DNA from: Amoebophrya sp. A120
Taxonomy: Eukaryota > Protista > Dinoflagellata
Direction of reading: 5' to 3'
DNA: 64,000 nt
NCBI GenBank assembly: GCA_905178155.1
Contig: CAJINV010000001.1
Coordinates: 7,485,506 to 7,549,505, forward strand
The notes under the pieces were generated by a model, which ran no database searches, was not told the origin of the DNA, and saw only the letters and a program-made list of their open reading frames with translations. The translations under genes and the position numbers were made by a program. Of this stretch, positions 59,641 to 64,000 are shown piece by piece (positions within the stretch are counted from its first letter, which is position 1; each line of letters starts with the position of its first letter).

Positions 59641-61463
59641 ATGGCACCAGGCAGCGACGTTAGCTCAACCCCCCCACCCCCCCTGAGTCCGATGTCTCTG
59701 ACAGCGACAACCGCGGACACGACGCCGTCGCCTTTGGCGGAGCAACACGGCGGCTCGGTGTCCTCCTCGGGGCGAAATTTACTGGTCACCGGCGGCGCGG
59801 GTTTCATCGGTGGGCACCTGTGCGAGGTGCTGCTGCGTCGTGGCGACCGGGTGGTGGCGCTGGATAACTTGAGCGAGTACTACAACGTCAATTTCAAAAA
59901 GGAGACGCTGAAGATACTGCAATCCTACAACGAGGCAAAGCTCACGACGGCGTTTTCCGCAAAGGAGCCGGATGAATCGGAAGCAGCCTCGCGGGTAGAA
60001 GACGCGAATCAGGCCAGGAGGTTCACCTTTGTCGAGGCAGATTTCTGCGATCTAAACGCGGTGGAAAAGGTTTTCGAAACGGAAGGGCCATTCACCTGCG
60101 TCGTGCACCTCGGCGCCCAGGCTGGCGTCAGGTATAGAAAGAAAACCCGGAGCGATTTTGTTCTTGATGGGGGCTCTGCAATTACATTGTTTCATCTATC
60201 ACCATGTTGAGAAGTGAGAAAATCTCAACTAAAACTTTTTCAATTGTTGAAGCCCCCTTATGTAGAAAAAACCTCACGACCAAAAAAAAATGCAGGTATA
60301 GCGTGCAGAATCCGTGTGAAGTGATTATGACCAACGTGATTGGGCAGCAAAGAATACTAGACGCCGTGAAGAAGTACAAGGTTCCGTACGCGGTCTGCGC
60401 ATCTTCCTCGAGCGTCTACGGGGTAAGCAGCACAGCACCCTTCAGCGAGGACCAGATCTGCAATCAGCCGATCAGCCCCTATGCCGCGTCAAAGCGCTCC
60501 TGCGAAATGTTTGGACACGCCTTCAATCATTTGAACAAGATCCCGTTGACAATGCTCCGATTCTTCACCGTCTACGGCCCGCGAGGGAGGCCCGACATGG
60601 CGGCATTCAAGTTCATTCAGAAGATCGACAAGGTACAGAAAGGGTTTGATTTTCTTGCTGGCTGTATCTGTATTTTACGCATCTGCCACGAAAACGAAAA
60701 TCAAAATTTTCACTTAGCTGTGCATCCTCCAAAGAAAGTGTTGTCTTTTGGCACTGAATTGATCGCTCCAGTAATACAATGAAGATACAAGCTCTTGCTG
60801 CTTTATTCGTTATTTGATTGAAGAACCATCAAAACAAATACAGGGAGAACCCATTGACAAGTTCGGGGACGGGTCGGCAATCCGTGAGTTTACCTACGTG
60901 AACGACATTGTAAATGGCGTGGTCCTGTCCATCGACACGGTGCCACAGGGGAACGGGTTTCGCGTCATGAATCTGGGCGGCGGAACCACACATACGCTGA
61001 ATGACTTCATCGCGACCATTGAAAAGCACGTGGGATATGGATTGTAAAAATGTCTGGGTCTGGAAGAATGCATGTTTGTCATGCTTGTCTGGCATGACTC
61101 TTAAATCTGTCATGCACGTTACCCAAGAGCTCCACTTTTCTGTAATGCAGAAACGCAGTTTGTCATGCAGAATAGGCAACAGCTAGAAACTCAGAAACTT
61201 GTCATGCTGAGCCAGCATTTGTGGCCTCATCATGAGACGCCACCCAGCATCACAAGTTTCCAGACCCAGACATTTTTACATTTGATATGGGAAAGCCGGC
61301 AGCAATAAACCAGCTGCCCGACCAACCAGGTGACGTCGCCATCACGTCCGCCGACCAAAAGCATGCTTTTGCAGAGGTGGGATTCCAGCCAGAAATCAGC
61401 CTCGACGAAGGAATCCGGAGAACGGTGGAGTGGTACAGAAATTGCCCCTATCTGGAAGGGTAG
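59641..61463 (+). CDS. GAE: UDP-glucuronate 4-epimerase-like NAD-dependent epimerase; introns 60132-60295 and 60633-60843 (GT-AG), ~61036-61292 (non-canonical)
   Basis: Motifs LVTGGAGFIG, HLGAQAGVRYS, ASSSSVYG, PISPYAASK, LRFFTVYGPRGRPDMA, REFTYVNDIV, QPGDV and GIRRTVEWY. Confidence 0.92.
61036..61287 (+). mobile_element. Introner / MITE-like element with 23-bp perfect IR and perfect 5-bp TSD TGGGA
   Basis: TGTAAAAATGTCTGGGTCTGGAA (61043-65) is the exact reverse complement of 61258-80; 27/30 including the TAT/ATA termini. TGGGA at 61031-35 and 61288-92. Removal restores EKHVG|KPAAINQLPDQPGDV. Confidence 0.95.
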
Positions 61464-62740
61464 GATGGTGCCCGGGCTTGAAGAAGTTTAGTTTGTTCCC
61501 CCCGGATTAGAGGAACTTTTTTTGTTGAGCACTTTGTTTCACGGGAACCTCACGATTATACGGAAGAAGTTTGTAGTTTTACGCTAGCGCTACATGCGTA
61601 TTTTCACACATATAAGGATATCTACTATAATCGAACATACTTACATTGGGAATGAACGACAGCACGCACCGCGGGGACAGAGCTGGGCTTGACAGCTTAT
61701 TCCTGCGAAGCATGCTTGATTTTTGGAAGAAGTACGCAGCGCGTTTGAATAAACGGGTCCACGGGCATGTGCCATCTAATATCGAACTGCCCCCTCCAAT
61801 TATATGTCTGTGTGTAGATGGGAGGGTGATTTTCTTTTTTTCGAGGACAATTGATATTCCGCAAGCAACGTGTGCAGAGAATAGTTGTACTTCCTGCTAC
61901 AGTAATGTCGACGCCCACATTGAAACGTGGAGCATTTTTGTGGAAATAAAACGCTAAAGATGCGCTGCGCCGCAGTAGACGGGTTGTGAAAATTTGCCCG
62001 ATCACGCACTGACACTTTGTCGAGTTCCTTTTCCAGTGCCCCTGACGAGCCGTTCTCCGCGGACAGAATGTCGCATCTGTGCATCCGCCTTATGATCTGG
62101 TCAGAAGAACAGAATATCGTTGAGATCAAGCGCAAGGAGACGATCTACAAATCCCAGGTTGAACCAATTCGAGATAGAAATTATCTGCAAGATACATCCG
62201 TTCGATCCTCAGTCATTTCCCTCAGTGATGTCCGGTCGCGGAAGCAGCTGCACCTAAATCTTTCGAAAAGGATCAATTTGACGGTCGTGTGACGGAGGCG
62301 AAAGTGCCAAGTCATTGTCTTTGAGGTTCTGGTGGGGCCGTGCCGCTGCTGACGATACTTTCTGACGAGATCGATAATCCGACCTGATCCTCTTCCGTTT
62401 TCGGTTTCCGAAGTTGACGAAAATGATCCAGAGTTTCTCCGTCGGTTCTGAAACACGTCGGTCCGATGACTTTCCGCATTGAAATGAATGGAAACCGATC
62501 TTCGTCCTGAAGCAATGCGGAACGCATGAAAAATTTTCACTTTTCAGATGGATACCAGGCGTGGTTTAGATCTTGAAAACGAACACAAAAATAACGGACT
62601 GTGCCCTTGGAGTTCAGCACTTTCCTGCCCAGCTTCATGCAATTGTTCTGCTTTTTTCCTGAATGCGAGTCTGTCTATCCCCTACTTAAAAATATGCTGC
62701 GACCGATTTTGGTTTTTGATTTTGAAGTGGAACATTGAGT

Positions 62741-63868
62741 ATGCTCCTGAGAAGTGCTTTCCGGCGCAATTGGTTTGGCCACGAAAGAACAGGAATTCTT
62801 GGGCGCCGGACTTCGTCATTTCCTCATCGACTACAACAAAGAGAACGCGCCTGCATAAGCCGGCCTCCTGCGGTACTACCAGCTCCAACATCAGTGGCGT
62901 CACTCCATGATCGTGTAACTTCTCACTGCCACCACATACACTTTTTGTCGACATCCCGTAAGAGCCCCCCTGATACCACCCGTACCCTCGCGGAGCACGT
63001 GTCGGAAATAGACAGAAAGGAAATGGGCAGCCCTGAAGGGTACAACCACGATCATAATGCGCAGGAGTCTTTCGCGTCTTTTAAAGAGATCGCGAATCGG
63101 CGCCGGCACCAGAAGCACTTCGACCCGGAGAAAAAGGTGCCCGAGGCGTTGTTGGTCGACATCCTGCGGACGGCTCAGCGGGCGCCTAGCAGCTTCAACA
63201 CGCAGCCGTACAAGGTGATTCTCGTCCGCGATGCAGCCTTGAAAGAGGCGGTTGCGGCGCGCGCCATGTCCAACGAAAAGAATGCAGACGTTGTGCGCAA
63301 GGCGGACACCACGGCCGTTTTCCTGGCCGACTGCGAGATGATGGACGAGGTTCCGCGGGTGCAACAGCTGTTCTGCGACACGACGAATGCCCCCGAGGAT
63401 TACATAAGAGACGCCCTGCCGAGGGCGATCGGCGGCCTTTCCGTTGGGTACGCAGGCGGGTGGTTGAAAAAAACGATCATGTACACGATTCACAGCTGGG
63501 TCATGTGGGGCATGCGCACGTTCGGGGGAACAAACATTGACTTTTGTCCCGTGCCGGGCTGGGCGTACCGCCAGACGGGGTTCCTGGCGGACCACTTCGT
63601 ACTCGCGGCCACGTCGGCAGGGCTAGAGACGGCCGTCATGGAGGGGTTCAGCGGAATAAAGGCGATGGAGATCCTCGGCGTGCCGGCGGATAAGCGGACG
63701 AAGTACAGCTGCTTCTGCATGGTCTCCGTGGGATACCCAGATAACACAGAACCAAAGAGCAGAGGGTACACGAAATCAGCAAGGTTTCCATTTGAAGAAG
63801 TGTTTTCCCTAGACGGATTTGAGAAGCCTTTCGCTAGTAGTACCGCGGACGGAAAAAAAAACAAGTGA
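62741..63868 (+). CDS. Nitroreductase family protein with N-terminal targeting-like extension
   Basis: IANRRRHQKHFD...ILRTAQRAPSSFNTQPYKVILV and LAATSAGLETAVMEGF...MVSVGYP. Arg/Ser-rich N-terminus. Confidence 0.88.
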   Translation: MLLRSAFRRNWFGHERTGILGRRTSSFPHRLQQRERACISRPPAVLPAPTSVASLHDRVTSHCHHIHFLSTSRKSPPDTTRTLAEHVSEIDRKEMGSPEGYNHDHNAQESFASFKEIANRRRHQKHFDPEKKVPEALLVDILRTAQRAPSSFNTQPYKVILVRDAALKEAVAARAMSNEKNADVVRKADTTAVFLADCEMMDEVPRVQQLFCDTTNAPEDYIRDALPRAIGGLSVGYAGGWLKKTIMYTIHSWVMWGMRTFGGTNIDFCPVPGWAYRQTGFLADHFVLAATSAGLETAVMEGFSGIKAMEILGVPADKRTKYSCFCMVSVGYPDNTEPKSRGYTKSARFPFEEVFSLDGFEKPFASSTADGKKNK

Positions 63869-64000
63869 GCACGGGTCTGAAGTTGTCTGCCAGATGAAGA
63901 ACTCATATTTATGATCGGGGCGCACAAGAAATTGCCTCGCCGCAGTTCTTGCGCCGACAATCTGCTGTGCTGGATCTAGACACATGCATGTTCTTTCGGT

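Noticed and set aside
61646-62540. Short ORFs between the epimerase and nitroreductase (similar ones at 4173-4930, 30039-30269, 37630-37911)
   Set aside because: No motifs or consistent splice model. They could be decayed genes or repeats but cannot be supported.

Overview
Eukaryotic genomic DNA: gene-dense, with short introns. About 17 protein-coding genes can be modelled and all lie on the + strand. The unidirectional cluster, DUF4116-like repeats, a dinoflagellate-type Gln-rich protein, an alveolate-type mitochondrial uS11 and non-GT-AG introns bounded by inverted repeats suggest a syndinian dinoflagellate such as Amoebophrya (inference). Two things stand out. (1) A ~4,615-aa, three-exon gene (38400-52541) fuses a CCCH finger, a ZNFX1/Upf1-type SF1 helicase with a Cys/His-rich insert, NF-X1-type zinc-finger repeats, five tandem CbbX/SpoVK-type AAA+ modules and a small C-terminal Cys/His motif. 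It is a candidate RNA-sensing or defence machine. (2) Six short transposon-like elements (152-351 bp) share one grammar: TA...TA termini, terminal inverted repeats and a 5-bp target-site duplication (TSD). Five interrupt coding sequence, and removing the element plus one TSD copy restores the frame without GT-AG ends (introners). Other genes: tandem MerT-like/HMA metal transporter, HIRAN protein, GPR107/TMEM87-like protein, RING E3 ligase, Cys-repeat protein, GBP/atlastin-like GTPase, G6Pase-like PAP2, bacterial-type DUF4386 membrane protein, PX-domain membrane protein, UDP-glucuronate 4-epimerase and nitroreductase. No rRNA, tRNA or CRISPR array was recognised. All intron models and domain calls were made by eye, without RNA data or database searches.
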